Shown here piece after piece: positions 26,759-36,398 of a stretch of 64,000 nt of DNA. Within the stretch, counting starts at the first letter, position 1. Each line of letters starts with the position of its first letter. The stretch is from NCBI GenBank assembly GCA_965208125.1, contig OZ242320.1:3104001-3168000 (forward strand). The letters are read 5' to 3'. The position numbers and the translations under genes were made by a program. Origin of the DNA: Candidatus Latescibacterota bacterium (lineage in GTDB: Bacteria; Latescibacterota; UBA2968). The notes beneath the pieces were generated by a model. That model searched no databases. It was not told where the DNA came from and saw only the letters and a list, made by a program, of their open reading frames with translations.

Positions 26759-28708
26759 TTATGCTGGCTCAACCCAATCGCCGCCAGCGCGTATCAGGTC
26801 AATCAGTTCGTCAACCGCACCTTCTGTGGGGATATTGCGTTTGACGATGTCTTTGCCCTTGTAGAGCGTGATTTTGCCAGGTCCACTGCCTACATAACCG
26901 TAATCGGCGTCGGCCATTTCACCGGGACCGTTGACAATGCAGCCCATAATGCCAATTTTGACGCCTTTGAGGTGGTTGGTGTGGCTGCGAATCAGGGCGG
27001 TGGTTTCCTGCAGGTCGAACAGGGTGCGCCCACAGGAGGGGCAGGATATGTATTCGGTTTTGGAGATGCGGGTGCGCGTGGCTTGCAAGATGCCGAAGGC
27101 CGTGCGGGTGAGGGTGTGGTCGTCTATTTGATTGGATGCATCAAGCCACAGGCCATCGCCGAGGCCATCGACGAGCAGTCCGCCGCAGTCTGTGGCGGCG
27201 TAGAGCATGAAGGCGTCATTGGCTGAGTACATTGTTTCGCTATATGTTCGGCGGATGACTACGGGTATGTCGCAATGCCAATCTGCAAGCAGGCAGAATG
27301 CGCGGCGCAGTTCGGGCATGGCGTGGGTGTTGTGGGTTTTCAGGATGAGTACTGCACGGGGATCGTCCTTGAGCGCATGGATAAGCGGTGCGTCGAGTTC
27401 GGCGAGTTCGGCACAGATAAAGGTGATGCGGTTGGCTGTGTGATTGGATTGCAAGTATGCAGCCGAAGAAAAAAGCGGGTATGCGGTGGAAGCGGGGGAC
27501 CAGGCCCGGGCATTTTGAATGACGCCAAGTGTGCCCGGTAGTTCAAAATCGAGGGAGCGATTGCCGATATTTATAAAATCAACGGCCATGTCGGCAATGT
27601 GCCATTTGTCGAGCGCTGCGTCGTACGTATAGCCAAAGGGGTGCAGGGATTCGGGGGTGATGGCGTCCTGTGGCGTGACAATGACGATTGGGACACTCGG
27701 TTTGCCGATTTTTTCGACCTGTCGCGTTGTGCGGCGGGTGTAAGAAAATGGGTCGATATGAGATGTTTGAATGTCCGGTATTGGCGCGTGATCGCTGCGG
27801 TTGCAATAGCGGGCGACCAGTGTTTGCGCCACGGGGATTTCGGCTTCGGGTTCTTCGGTGAGGGAGACGCGAATGGTATCGCCCAAACCATCTTCGAGCA
27901 GCGCGCCTATACCCACGGCCGATTTGATGCGCCCGTCTTCGCCATCGCCAGCTTCCGTGACACCCAGATGGAGCGGGTAGTTCATGCCTTCGGCTATCAT
28001 TTTGTTTACGAGGAGGCGGTAGGCTTGAACCATGATTTGCGGATTGCTGGCTTTCATGGAAAATACGATGTCGTGATAGTCGAGATCACTGCATATCCGC
28101 GCAAATTCGAGTGCGGATTCGACCATGCCGAGTGGGGTGTCGCCAAACCTGCTCATAATGCGGTCTGAGAGCGACCCGTGGTTGGTGCCAATTCGCATGG
28201 CTGTGCCGTATTCTTTGCAGATTTTGACCAGTGGTGCGAATCTGTCGCGGATGCGGTGCAGTTCTTCGGCGTATTGGGCATCGGTGTATTCGATGATCTG
28301 GAATTTTTTTTTGTCGGCGTAATTGCCGGGGTTCACGCGCACTTTTTCCACAATTCGAGCGGCGATTTCCGCAGCATTGGGGGTGTAGTGAATATCGGCT
28401 ATCAGTGGGGTGTGGTAGCCCGCGGCTCTGAGTTTTTTTTGGATATTTTCGAGATTGCGGGCTTCGTTCTGGCTGGGTGCTGTTATGCGCACGTATTCAC
28501 ATCCGGCGCGGATCATGCGGATGGACTGGGCGACCGTGCCATCGGTGTCCATGGTATCGGTTGTGGTCATTGATTGCACGCGGATGGGATTGTCGCCGCC
28601 GAGTGGCATACCTCCGATATCGACTTCGCGGGTTTTGAAGCGGGTGTATTCCGTGAGCGAATTGCAGTATTTGCCCTGGGAAACGAGCAGGTCACTGGTT
28701 ATGGACAT
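26759..28708 (-). CDS. ispG: HMBPP synthase, long three-domain form
   Basis: VQSMT, RVNPGN, RIGTNHGS, HLGVTEAG, SCPSCGR, MGCIVNGPGE. Confidence 0.96.
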   Translation of the reverse strand: MSITSDLLVSQGKYCNSLTEYTRFKTREVDIGGMPLGGDNPIRVQSMTTTDTMDTDGTVAQSIRMIRAGCEYVRITAPSQNEARNLENIQKKLRAAGYHTPLIADIHYTPNAAEIAARIVEKVRVNPGNYADKKKFQIIEYTDAQYAEELHRIRDRFAPLVKICKEYGTAMRIGTNHGSLSDRIMSRFGDTPLGMVESALEFARICSDLDYHDIVFSMKASNPQIMVQAYRLLVNKMIAEGMNYPLHLGVTEAGDGEDGRIKSAVGIGALLEDGLGDTIRVSLTEEPEAEIPVAQTLVARYCNRSDHAPIPDIQTSHIDPFSYTRRTTRQVEKIGKPSVPIVIVTPQDAITPESLHPFGYTYDAALDKWHIADMAVDFINIGNRSLDFELPGTLGVIQNARAWSPASTAYPLFSSAAYLQSNHTANRITFICAELAELDAPLIHALKDDPRAVLILKTHNTHAMPELRRAFCLLADWHCDIPVVIRRTYSETMYSANDAFMLYAATDCGGLLVDGLGDGLWLDASNQIDDHTLTRTAFGILQATRTRISKTEYISCPSCGRTLFDLQETTALIRSHTNHLKGVKIGIMGCIVNGPGEMADADYGYVGSGPGKITLYKGKDIVKRNIPTEGAVDELIDLIRAGGDWVEPA

Positions 28709-28729
28709 TGGTCGTCTCTGTGGTTGTTA

Positions 28730-28758
28730 GTAGGGACGGGTTTTAAACCCGTCCCTAC
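28730..28758. repeat. perfect GTAG REP-like palindrome
   Basis: GTAGGGACGGGTTT-T-AAACCCGTCCCTAC; supplies the cvpA stop codon. Confidence 0.75.
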
Positions 28759-29363
28759 TTGGATTCCTCAAGCATTTCGTTGATTTTTTTTCGCGCTTTA
28801 CCGGCTTCTTCGTTGAACTTTTCAATCAGAGGAGGCGTTTTTTCGATCTGAATGCCCAGTGCTTCGAGCAGGGTTTTTACGTTGGGAAACATGGCCTGTA
28901 CACCATCCGCAATCACCCGAGCGGATTTTTGAAGCGGTGCGCCTAAGGCGGAGTTGTCGATGAATTCGGGCACGCGGCTATGGATGGGCTTTGCATGTAA
29001 AAATATGGCGATCAGACCTAAAATCAATGCGCCTTGAACCAGCCCCAGAGCAATGCCACCAAATGCGTCAATCGCGCCGAGGGGAGAGGTCCTCAGCATT
29101 CCGTGAAGGGCGCGCCCGAGAAAATAGCAGGCGGCCAGGACGGCCGCAAATACCACAAAGAATCCGATTAGCGCGGTGCCCGTGCCGAGGTCTTCTGTTG
29201 TATCGAACAAAGCGCGCGCTGTCGTTTCGCCATAAGTGAGGGCAAAACCATAAGCCAATATCACGCTGAGTAGCATGATGAGGCTTTGTACCAGCCCAAT
29301 TTGCCATCCTTTTCGAGCGAACCAGAAGAGGCCGAGGGCAAAAATGAGATCGACGATGTTCAT
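28755..29363 (-). CDS. cvpA: CvpA family membrane protein
   Basis: MNIVDL..G..G hydrophobic N-terminus, D.FGG..LG motif. Confidence 0.8.
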   Translation of the reverse strand: MNIVDLIFALGLFWFARKGWQIGLVQSLIMLLSVILAYGFALTYGETTARALFDTTEDLGTGTALIGFFVVFAAVLAACYFLGRALHGMLRTSPLGAIDAFGGIALGLVQGALILGLIAIFLHAKPIHSRVPEFIDNSALGAPLQKSARVIADGVQAMFPNVKTLLEALGIQIEKTPPLIEKFNEEAGKARKKINEMLEESK

Positions 29364-29387
29364 TTGAAGTGCAAAATGGGAATGGAT

Positions 29388-29424
29388 AAAAAAAAGCGAT
29401 AGCCACCCTGAGTGATTATCGCTT
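29388..29424 (-). terminator. terminator after rpsU
   Basis: minus strand GCGATAATCAC...GTGGCTATCGC-T8. Confidence 0.7.
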
Positions 29425-29446
29425 AATTCGAATAATTGCGAAAGAC

Positions 29447-29644
29447 TTAGCGGGTGTATTGCTGGTCCAATTTGATCCGCTTGCGTCTTGCTGCAGCAAT
29501 TTTGCGTTTCCGACGTTCACTCGGTTTTTCAAAGTGCTGATTTTTCTTCATGTCGGAAATAACACCGGCTTTTTCGCAGGCCTTTTTGAACCGTTTGAGT
29601 GCTCTTTCGAACGGCTCATCGTCACGTACGAGAACACCAGGCAT
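29447..29644 (-). CDS. rpsU: 30S ribosomal protein S21
   Basis: MPGVLVRDDEPFERALKRFKK..EKPSERRKRK. Confidence 0.95.
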   Translation of the reverse strand: MPGVLVRDDEPFERALKRFKKACEKAGVISDMKKNQHFEKPSERRKRKIAAARRKRIKLDQQYTR

Positions 29645-29930
29645 GCCGGGACTCACCCCTTTCTTTATGAAAATGTGATGAATAACTAAGACGAATTTCA
29701 ATATAACATATAAAATGTCCCGCACTTTTGCAACCCGTTTTTCCCACATCGATTCATTTACTATGGCGCGTGTTATACGCCTTAAATTGGTTCGCCATAA
29801 AAAACGTCTTTGTTCATTTCAAGGCGTTTTTTATTTTTAATACGGAAATTGTGAGACTTTGGTTTTGAATGGGAACTCAAAAAAGTGTCGGGCGTTTTGG
29901 ATGGGGAAGGACCACCAGACGGAGGAGCGA

Positions 29931-31238
29931 ATGCAATCAAGAAATGAAAATGAGATCGACGACAAGCTTAAGAACTTACACGTACGCCTGTCCAGCCAGA
30001 GTTTTTTAACGGCTTATTTTTTTCTTTTAGCGGTCATTATTGTCATCGCATTCCTCATTTATACACAGCTCTATGTGGTGCAACCCATGCGGCAAGAAGC
30101 CAGGCGTATGGGAGAGTTCTACGCTTTTATGCACAGTGTGGTTACGTTGGAGAAAATTGAGTTCAAGGGATTTTACAAGAATGTCATTTTTCACACTGTC
30201 CAAAACCCCAATTTTCCGGTTGTAATCACAGACGCACAGGGTATTCCTCGATACTGGAAAGCGATTGACATTCCCCCCTTTGGTGACCGTACCCCCGAAA
30301 CCCTGGGCAAAGTGATGGACAAAGCTTACGCGCTCGATATGGAAAAAGATCCGTTGCCGTTTGAATGGCCCGGAACAGAATGGGGTCCAGATGGCAATCC
30401 CGTCAATCAGGAACCGGAAACCTGGCATTTGCACTGGGGGGCGTCCGCGCTGGAGAAGCGTTTGAACTGGTTGCCCTGGGTCGCTTTTGGGGTGACAATT
30501 TTATTTACTGGCGGTGGATATCTCGGATTTCGGTATATTAAGAATAGAGAACAGCGGTCTATCTGGGTGGGGATGGCTCGGGAAACAGCCCATCAGTTGG
30601 GTACGCCGCTGTCTTCACTGTACGGTTGGTTGGCGCTGTTGAAGGACGAGTTGGATGCAGAGGGTGATAAAGAGAGTAGTCAGAGGCTGAGAAGTATCCT
30701 GGAAGAAATGGATCGGGATACGAGCCGATTGGATAAGATCGCTTCTCGTTTTAGTCTGATTGGTTCCACGCCCGAATTGCGATTGGATCGGGTGCGCGAT
30801 GTGGTGGCTGAAACAGCGGGTTATCTGCGCGCACGCTTGCCGGATAATGTGCAAATTGTAGAGGAACTGGACGATGTGCCGGTTGTTCCGATCAATCGGG
30901 AGCTTTTGGGATGGGCGTTTGAAAATCTCTTCAGAAATGCCGCCGATGCAATGGAAGGGAGAGGGGGCCGCATTGATGTGTCGTCGCGCGTGGAGGAACA
31001 CCGGGTGGTTATTGAGGTACGCGATACGGGAAAAGGCATGCCTTCGCATATGTTTAAGCAGGTTTTTTTGCCGGGTACCAGTACCAAGAAACGCGGTTGG
31101 GGACTCGGTCTGGCATTTGTGAAACGCATTGTGGAAGACTATCACAGTGGAAAAGTATATATCAAAGAAAGTGTGCCAGATCAGGGCACGACATTTGTCG
31201 TCTTGCTGCCTTTGTCTCCGGCAGATATAGATGACTAA
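29931..31238 (+). CDS. membrane sensor histidine kinase
   Basis: two TM helices; ETAHQLGTP H-box; NLFRNA, DTGKG, GWGLGL; GGAGG RBS. Confidence 0.92.
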   Translation: MQSRNENEIDDKLKNLHVRLSSQSFLTAYFFLLAVIIVIAFLIYTQLYVVQPMRQEARRMGEFYAFMHSVVTLEKIEFKGFYKNVIFHTVQNPNFPVVITDAQGIPRYWKAIDIPPFGDRTPETLGKVMDKAYALDMEKDPLPFEWPGTEWGPDGNPVNQEPETWHLHWGASALEKRLNWLPWVAFGVTILFTGGGYLGFRYIKNREQRSIWVGMARETAHQLGTPLSSLYGWLALLKDELDAEGDKESSQRLRSILEEMDRDTSRLDKIASRFSLIGSTPELRLDRVRDVVAETAGYLRARLPDNVQIVEELDDVPVVPINRELLGWAFENLFRNAADAMEGRGGRIDVSSRVEEHRVVIEVRDTGKGMPSHMFKQVFLPGTSTKKRGWGLGLAFVKRIVEDYHSGKVYIKESVPDQGTTFVVLLPLSPADIDD

Positions 31239-31311
31239 AGGTGAGACGAGAGAGGGGTGGAGTGGTCGTTTTACCTCTTGCGTCTTACTTCTTACCGCTA
31301 ATTGAAAAGAG

Positions 31312-32886
31312 GTGCCTGTGAATCAAACGCAAGAAGCCAAGCAGATTTTGTGGGCGGATGACGAGATCGATTTGTTGCGACCCCATCAAATTTTTCTCAA
31401 AGATCGGGGATATGATATAACTCCTGTGACCAATGGCGATGATGCTATTGCCATGATTCAGAAGCGCGGATTTGATGCGGTATTGCTCGATGAGATGATG
31501 GCTGGACGAGATGGGTTGTCAACTCTGGCGGCGATTAAGGATATCAATCCGCATATTCCGGTTATTATGATTACGAAAAACGAAGAAGAACGGTTGATGG
31601 AACAGGCTATTGGACAGCGGATTGACGACTATTTGACCAAGCCCGTGAATCCGAGTCAGATTTTGCTGGCGTGCAAAAAATTGCTCGATACACGTCAAAT
31701 TCAAAAGGACCGCATGGGTCTGGACTATGCGGCTGCATCCAACAGGTTGCGCGAATCTCTCATATTGGCGGAGTCATGGCGAGATTGGATCGATCTTCAC
31801 GTGCGCCTGTCTGAGTGGGATTTGGAATTGGACCGCTTTTACGATCCGGGCTTGCGCACCATGCACGACGATTTGCGCCGCGCCTGCAATTTGGGGTTTG
31901 GCAAGTTTGTAGAGGACAATTACAGCCAGTGGGTGCAAGATGAAGAGGATTCACCCACGCTTTCTGTGGATATTGTATCCGAATTTGTCGCGCCCTGCGT
32001 GCAAGATGGGCAACAGGTGTTTTTTGTAGTGGTCGATTGTATGCGATTGGATCACTGGCTTGCCATTTTGCCGTTGTTGTCCGATATTTTCGATATTGAG
32101 CAACACTACCATTACTCTATTTTGCCCACTGCGACGCCGTATTCTCGCAATGCCATTTTTAGCGGCCTTTTTCCCATTGACCTCGCGGTTTTGTATCCAG
32201 ATGAGTGGCAGGTGGCGCGTGACGACGACATGAGTCGCAACCGACACGAACACCAATTGCTCGATCAACAACTCGCAGAAATTGATCCGAAATTGGATTT
32301 GGATACGCGCTACATCAAAATATTGGATATTGCAGAGGGCAACCGGCTGGCGAAGAAGGTGCATTCGTACCGGTCTTTTCCGCTTATGGCAGTTGTGGTC
32401 AATTTTCTGGATATGCTCACGCATGGTCGTTCCGAATCCGAATTGTTGCAAGAAATGGCGCCCAATGAGCCTGCTTATCGGTCTTTGACGCGGTCCTGGT
32501 TCTCGCATTCTTCTCTTTTTGAGATGTTGCGCAAGCTGTCCGAGACCGACTCGACAGTGGTGCTGACGACAGATCACGGCTGTATGCTGAGTGCGCGGGC
32601 TTCTCTGGCTTATGGCAATCGGGATACTTCGACGGGGATTCGTTTCAAATACGGCAAGAATTTGCGATGCGATAACCGCCATGCGATGCATATTCGGGAT
32701 CCCGAGGCTTTTGGTTTGCCGAGTGTGGGGCAAGGGACCAATTACATTATTTGCAGGGAAGATTACTTTTTTGTATATCCCACCAATTTCAATGAGTATC
32801 AGGCCAAATACGCGAATAGTTTTCAACACGGGGGGATTTCTCTCGAAGAGTGTATTTTGCCGGTTGCCATTATGCGCGGGAAATGA
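31312..32886 (+). CDS. porX: PorX-family response regulator (REC + PglZ/alkaline phosphatase domain)
   Basis: ILWADDE, LLDEMM, LTKPVNP; VDCMRLD, LPTATPYSRNAIF, TTDHG, FQHGGISLEE. Confidence 0.88.
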   Translation: MPVNQTQEAKQILWADDEIDLLRPHQIFLKDRGYDITPVTNGDDAIAMIQKRGFDAVLLDEMMAGRDGLSTLAAIKDINPHIPVIMITKNEEERLMEQAIGQRIDDYLTKPVNPSQILLACKKLLDTRQIQKDRMGLDYAAASNRLRESLILAESWRDWIDLHVRLSEWDLELDRFYDPGLRTMHDDLRRACNLGFGKFVEDNYSQWVQDEEDSPTLSVDIVSEFVAPCVQDGQQVFFVVVDCMRLDHWLAILPLLSDIFDIEQHYHYSILPTATPYSRNAIFSGLFPIDLAVLYPDEWQVARDDDMSRNRHEHQLLDQQLAEIDPKLDLDTRYIKILDIAEGNRLAKKVHSYRSFPLMAVVVNFLDMLTHGRSESELLQEMAPNEPAYRSLTRSWFSHSSLFEMLRKLSETDSTVVLTTDHGCMLSARASLAYGNRDTSTGIRFKYGKNLRCDNRHAMHIRDPEAFGLPSVGQGTNYIICREDYFFVYPTNFNEYQAKYANSFQHGGISLEECILPVAIMRGK

Positions 32887-32895
32887 TTGGGCATT

Positions 32896-33369
32896 ATGTC
32901 GGATAGAACGATTACACAGGTGTCTTCGTCACCAGATCAAACACATGGGTTTGGACGCGATCTCGCGGCTCGGCTCGAGCCGGGCGATTGCGTTGCTCTT
33001 ACAGGAGATTTGGGTAGTGGTAAAACCTGTTTTGTACAGGGTGTTTGCGCGGGCTTGAATGTGACCGATTATGTGACGAGTCCAACTTTTGTAATCGTCA
33101 ATGAATACGCAGGGGTTTCGCCCGATGGAAAGCCGATGCCGGTGTACCATTTTGATCTTTATCGGTTGGGCAGTCCCGATGAACTCTATGAGATTGGGTG
33201 TGATGATTTGTTTTACGGCGAGGGTGTGTGTTTGATTGAGTGGGCAGATTTGGGGGGCGATCTGATTCCCGACCATGCAATTGATGTGCATTTTGCCCAT
33301 GCGGGAGAGATGATTCGGAATCTGACGATCTCGAGCAGGACGAGGTTGTACACCGCTTCAGAGGGGTGA
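32896..33369 (+). CDS. tsaE: tRNA t6A biosynthesis ATPase
   Basis: GDLGSGKT, VTSPTF, HFDLYRL, IEW. Confidence 0.95.
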   Translation: MSDRTITQVSSSPDQTHGFGRDLAARLEPGDCVALTGDLGSGKTCFVQGVCAGLNVTDYVTSPTFVIVNEYAGVSPDGKPMPVYHFDLYRLGSPDELYEIGCDDLFYGEGVCLIEWADLGGDLIPDHAIDVHFAHAGEMIRNLTISSRTRLYTASEG

Positions 33370-33370
33370 C

Positions 33371-34171
33371 GTGTTAAAAAAAAGATATAATTGCAGATCT
33401 ATTTGGGTTCGATCAGGACGAGGTTGTACACTACTTGCCATGTGTGTTTACATTATGGCAGTTGCACCGGTTTGGGCACAGCAAGACTTACAGCCGCGGC
33501 AATTGGTTGAAGCCCCCACGGCGGGTTTGTTGCCCGGTCGCAGTTTGGGGTTGGATCTTCGGTTTTATGGCAGCGATGGCATTTTGGGCGGTGTATCGGT
33601 CGGCCTGTTCAGCCGGGGTATGGTTGGGGTGTCTTTTGGCGGTAGTGATCTTTTGGGCAATGAGGAGATAAAATTAAACCCGCGGATTGAGTTTTCAGGC
33701 CGCGTGCGGGTGATTGAAGAGGGATATACAATCCCGGCTCTGGCAGTGGGTTATACATCGCAGGGATACGGGATGTACGATGATGAGTTGAAGCGCTATA
33801 CCCGCAAGTCCAAGGGTGTTTATGTCGTTGCCAGCAAAAATTTCAAGTTGCCTTTGGGGCATACGGGTTTCCACGTTGGCGCGAACCGAAGTTTTGAAGA
33901 CGGCGATGGGGATAAGGATTTTACGGGTTATGTCGGGGTAGATACAGGGCTTGGAAAATATGTGGTGGTGCTGGCGGAATACGATTTTGGATTGAATGAT
34001 AATTCGGACAATAGCCTGGGTTCTGGAAAGGGATTTTTAAATGCCGGTATCAGATGGACGCTGTCTGAGACATTTGCTCTGGAATTTGATTTGAAGAATA
34101 TTTTTCGCAATGGTATGCAAAATCCACATCCCGATCGGGAGCTTCGCATTGCGTATTTTGGAAAGTTTTGA
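33371..34171 (+). CDS. outer-membrane beta-barrel (YjbH-like)
   Basis: signal peptide, PTAGLL, Gly/aromatic-rich strands, C-terminal Phe; start uncertain. Confidence 0.6.
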   Translation: MLKKRYNCRSIWVRSGRGCTLLAMCVYIMAVAPVWAQQDLQPRQLVEAPTAGLLPGRSLGLDLRFYGSDGILGGVSVGLFSRGMVGVSFGGSDLLGNEEIKLNPRIEFSGRVRVIEEGYTIPALAVGYTSQGYGMYDDELKRYTRKSKGVYVVASKNFKLPLGHTGFHVGANRSFEDGDGDKDFTGYVGVDTGLGKYVVVLAEYDFGLNDNSDNSLGSGKGFLNAGIRWTLSETFALEFDLKNIFRNGMQNPHPDRELRIAYFGKF

Positions 34172-34189
34172 TTTTTTCAAGGAGTAGGT

Positions 34190-35188
34190 ATGAAGCGCCT
34201 GATCGTTGTCTTAATCGCCTTTTTGTTTTTGCTTCCACTTCAAGCTGAGGAAGAAATGTCTCGTCGGCCCGTTGCTACTTATTCTATTGTCGCCCGCGAT
34301 TCGACCACGGGACAACTCGGTGTGGCCGTGCAGTCGCACTGGTTCTCTGTTGGTCCCATTGTGCCCTGGGTTGAACCCGGCGTGGGGGCTGTGGCTACGC
34401 AATCTCTGGTCGATCCGGCTTATGGACCGCTCGGTCTGGATCTGATGCGGATGGGGCGGACTGCTCCCGAGGCGCTCAAAGCACTCGTTTCAACGGATGA
34501 GGGTGCCGAAGTACGCCAGGTTGCAATGGTTGACGCCAATGGCAATGTTGCCGCTCATACGGGCGAGCGCGCTATTTATGCCGCCGGGCATCAAACCGGT
34601 GCGCAGTATTCCGTGCAGGCCAATCTTATGGAGAAACCCACGGTTTGGGCGGCTATGAGCAGAGCCTATGAATCTTCCAGGGGCGACCTTGCCGAGCGTA
34701 TGCTCGCAGCCCTTGAAGCGGCAGAAGCCGAAGGCGGCGATATTCGCGGCAGGCAATCGGCGGCTATTCTCATTGTGGGTCCCGAAAATACAAACAGGCC
34801 CTGGGCAGATCGCTTGTTTGATCTCCGCGTTGAAGACCACCCCAATCCCGTTGTTGAGTTGCGCCGGCTCGTCACCTTGCAACGCGCCTATCTCAAGCTC
34901 AATGAGGGCGATGAATGGCTTGGTAAGGGCGATATCGAAAAGGCACTTGCCGCCTATCGCACGGCTACTGAGATCGTGCCCGATAAAGCCACCAATGGCG
35001 AGGCAGCCTTTTGGGTTGGCGTTACTCTCGCCGAGGAGGGCAAGCCCGATCAGGCGATTCCTTTTCTCGCCCGGGCATACAAACAGGATAAACGCTGGGC
35101 TGAACTTCTTCCCCGCCTTCCCGCTTCCGAACTCCTGCCCGACGACCCCGATCTCATCAACCGTCTGGTGCAGGGTATGAAAGAGTGA
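34190..35188 (+). CDS. DUF1028 (Ntn-hydrolase-like) exported protein with TPR
   Basis: TYSIVARD..GQLGVAVQS, GGDIRGRQSAA, DLRVEDH. Confidence 0.88.
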   Translation: MKRLIVVLIAFLFLLPLQAEEEMSRRPVATYSIVARDSTTGQLGVAVQSHWFSVGPIVPWVEPGVGAVATQSLVDPAYGPLGLDLMRMGRTAPEALKALVSTDEGAEVRQVAMVDANGNVAAHTGERAIYAAGHQTGAQYSVQANLMEKPTVWAAMSRAYESSRGDLAERMLAALEAAEAEGGDIRGRQSAAILIVGPENTNRPWADRLFDLRVEDHPNPVVELRRLVTLQRAYLKLNEGDEWLGKGDIEKALAAYRTATEIVPDKATNGEAAFWVGVTLAEEGKPDQAIPFLARAYKQDKRWAELLPRLPASELLPDDPDLINRLVQGMKE

Positions 35189-35191
35189 ATT

Positions 35192-35650
35192 TTACCATCC
35201 CTCTCTCATCCACTCAAACATTTTGTAGTGGTTGCCATCCATTCCCATTGCGTTATAAGTTTTTTGCGCCCGTTCATTTTCCCGCTCGACGTAGAGCCTG
35301 AGTCCGCGCAGGTCGGCAGATTGTTCGACTCTGGTTTTTAAGTTTTCATACATCATCCGAAAAATACCACGCCGCCGTGCGCTGGGGATCACATAGACCG
35401 AATGGATCCACAATACTGTTCCGTTGCGCCAGTCACTCCATTCGGGGACGGTGAGCAAGCAGCCTGCAACTTCGCCGTCTAACTCGGCAATCCAATACGC
35501 CCCTTTGTGCGGGTCGTCAAAGACGGCCTGTACGCCTTTTTCAACGGTTGGCCGATCCAGTGAAAGATTTTCTGCTTCTTTTGCCATTCGGATCTGAAAA
35601 TCTACGATATTGGGCGCATCCTCTCGTCGCCCCCGACGAATCTCGATCAT
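35192..35650 (-). CDS. GNAT N-acetyltransferase
   Basis: EWSDWRNG..WIHSVYV..RRRGIF, N..AQKTY..MG. Confidence 0.9.
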   Translation of the reverse strand: MIEIRRGRREDAPNIVDFQIRMAKEAENLSLDRPTVEKGVQAVFDDPHKGAYWIAELDGEVAGCLLTVPEWSDWRNGTVLWIHSVYVIPSARRRGIFRMMYENLKTRVEQSADLRGLRLYVERENERAQKTYNAMGMDGNHYKMFEWMREGW

Positions 35651-36384
35651 AATCCCTTCTTCCATTTGCGATATAGCTCGAATGTTTCTTCATCTGGCGG
35701 ATAGTATTTGCCCGGGGAGAGATTTTCCGTGTCCAGGCGTCTTCTGATCCATTCTTCGAGGTCGTCGTATTCTATCGCTTTTTGAGCTATTTCTGGCGCG
35801 ACTTTGCGCGGGATGACGACTACGCCGTCGTCGTCGGCTACGATGTAGTCTCCCGGTCTGACGAGGACGCCATCGACCTGTACCCAGTCATTGGTCGAAT
35901 ATGGCGTTCCAACGCGGGTGCCGAGGTTTGATGTTTTGCCATATCCCCACAACATGATGCCGTAGTCTTTGACGGTGTGCATGTCGCGGATGCCGCCATC
36001 GCAGATCAGTCCATCTACTTCCCGCTGTTTTAAGCGGAGAAATTTGATGTCTCCGCCAATGGACATCAACTTGGTGCGCATGGATTCCATGACGATGACG
36101 TCGCCCGGACCAGCGAGTTCAAAAGCGGCGTATTCAGGGGATTCTTCGCCGCCCGGTTTTTCTTCGTCGGCATCGGGGCGCGAGGGTACAAAGCGCACGG
36201 TGACTGCTCTGGCGACCAATCGCTTCCCGGGATTCATGGTTTGCAGATTGGGCATGTAGGTGTATCGCGCGTCGTAGCCATTGCGCGCGAGTACATCGAC
36301 TACAGCGGTTGTGTTTACGCGCTTGAGTGCTTCTCGCGTTGCTTTGTCCAATACGTGATCGGGGGTGGGTTGTACAATTGCCAT
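35647..36384 (-). CDS. RraA/HMG-aldolase family protein
   Basis: A.TVRF.P, GGDI, DGGIRD, VRPGDYIVADDDGVVVIP. Confidence 0.85.
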   Translation of the reverse strand: MAIVQPTPDHVLDKATREALKRVNTTAVVDVLARNGYDARYTYMPNLQTMNPGKRLVARAVTVRFVPSRPDADEEKPGGEESPEYAAFELAGPGDVIVMESMRTKLMSIGGDIKFLRLKQREVDGLICDGGIRDMHTVKDYGIMLWGYGKTSNLGTRVGTPYSTNDWVQVDGVLVRPGDYIVADDDGVVVIPRKVAPEIAQKAIEYDDLEEWIRRRLDTENLSPGKYYPPDEETFELYRKWKKGL

Positions 36385-36398
36385 ATATGCTCCTGTTT

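Noticed and set aside
31241-31295. Hairpin between HK and porX as a terminator
   Set aside because: Imperfect stem with a long loop and no U-tract; function unsupported.
31951-32829. 292-aa minus-strand ORF
   Set aside because: Antisense shadow of porX.
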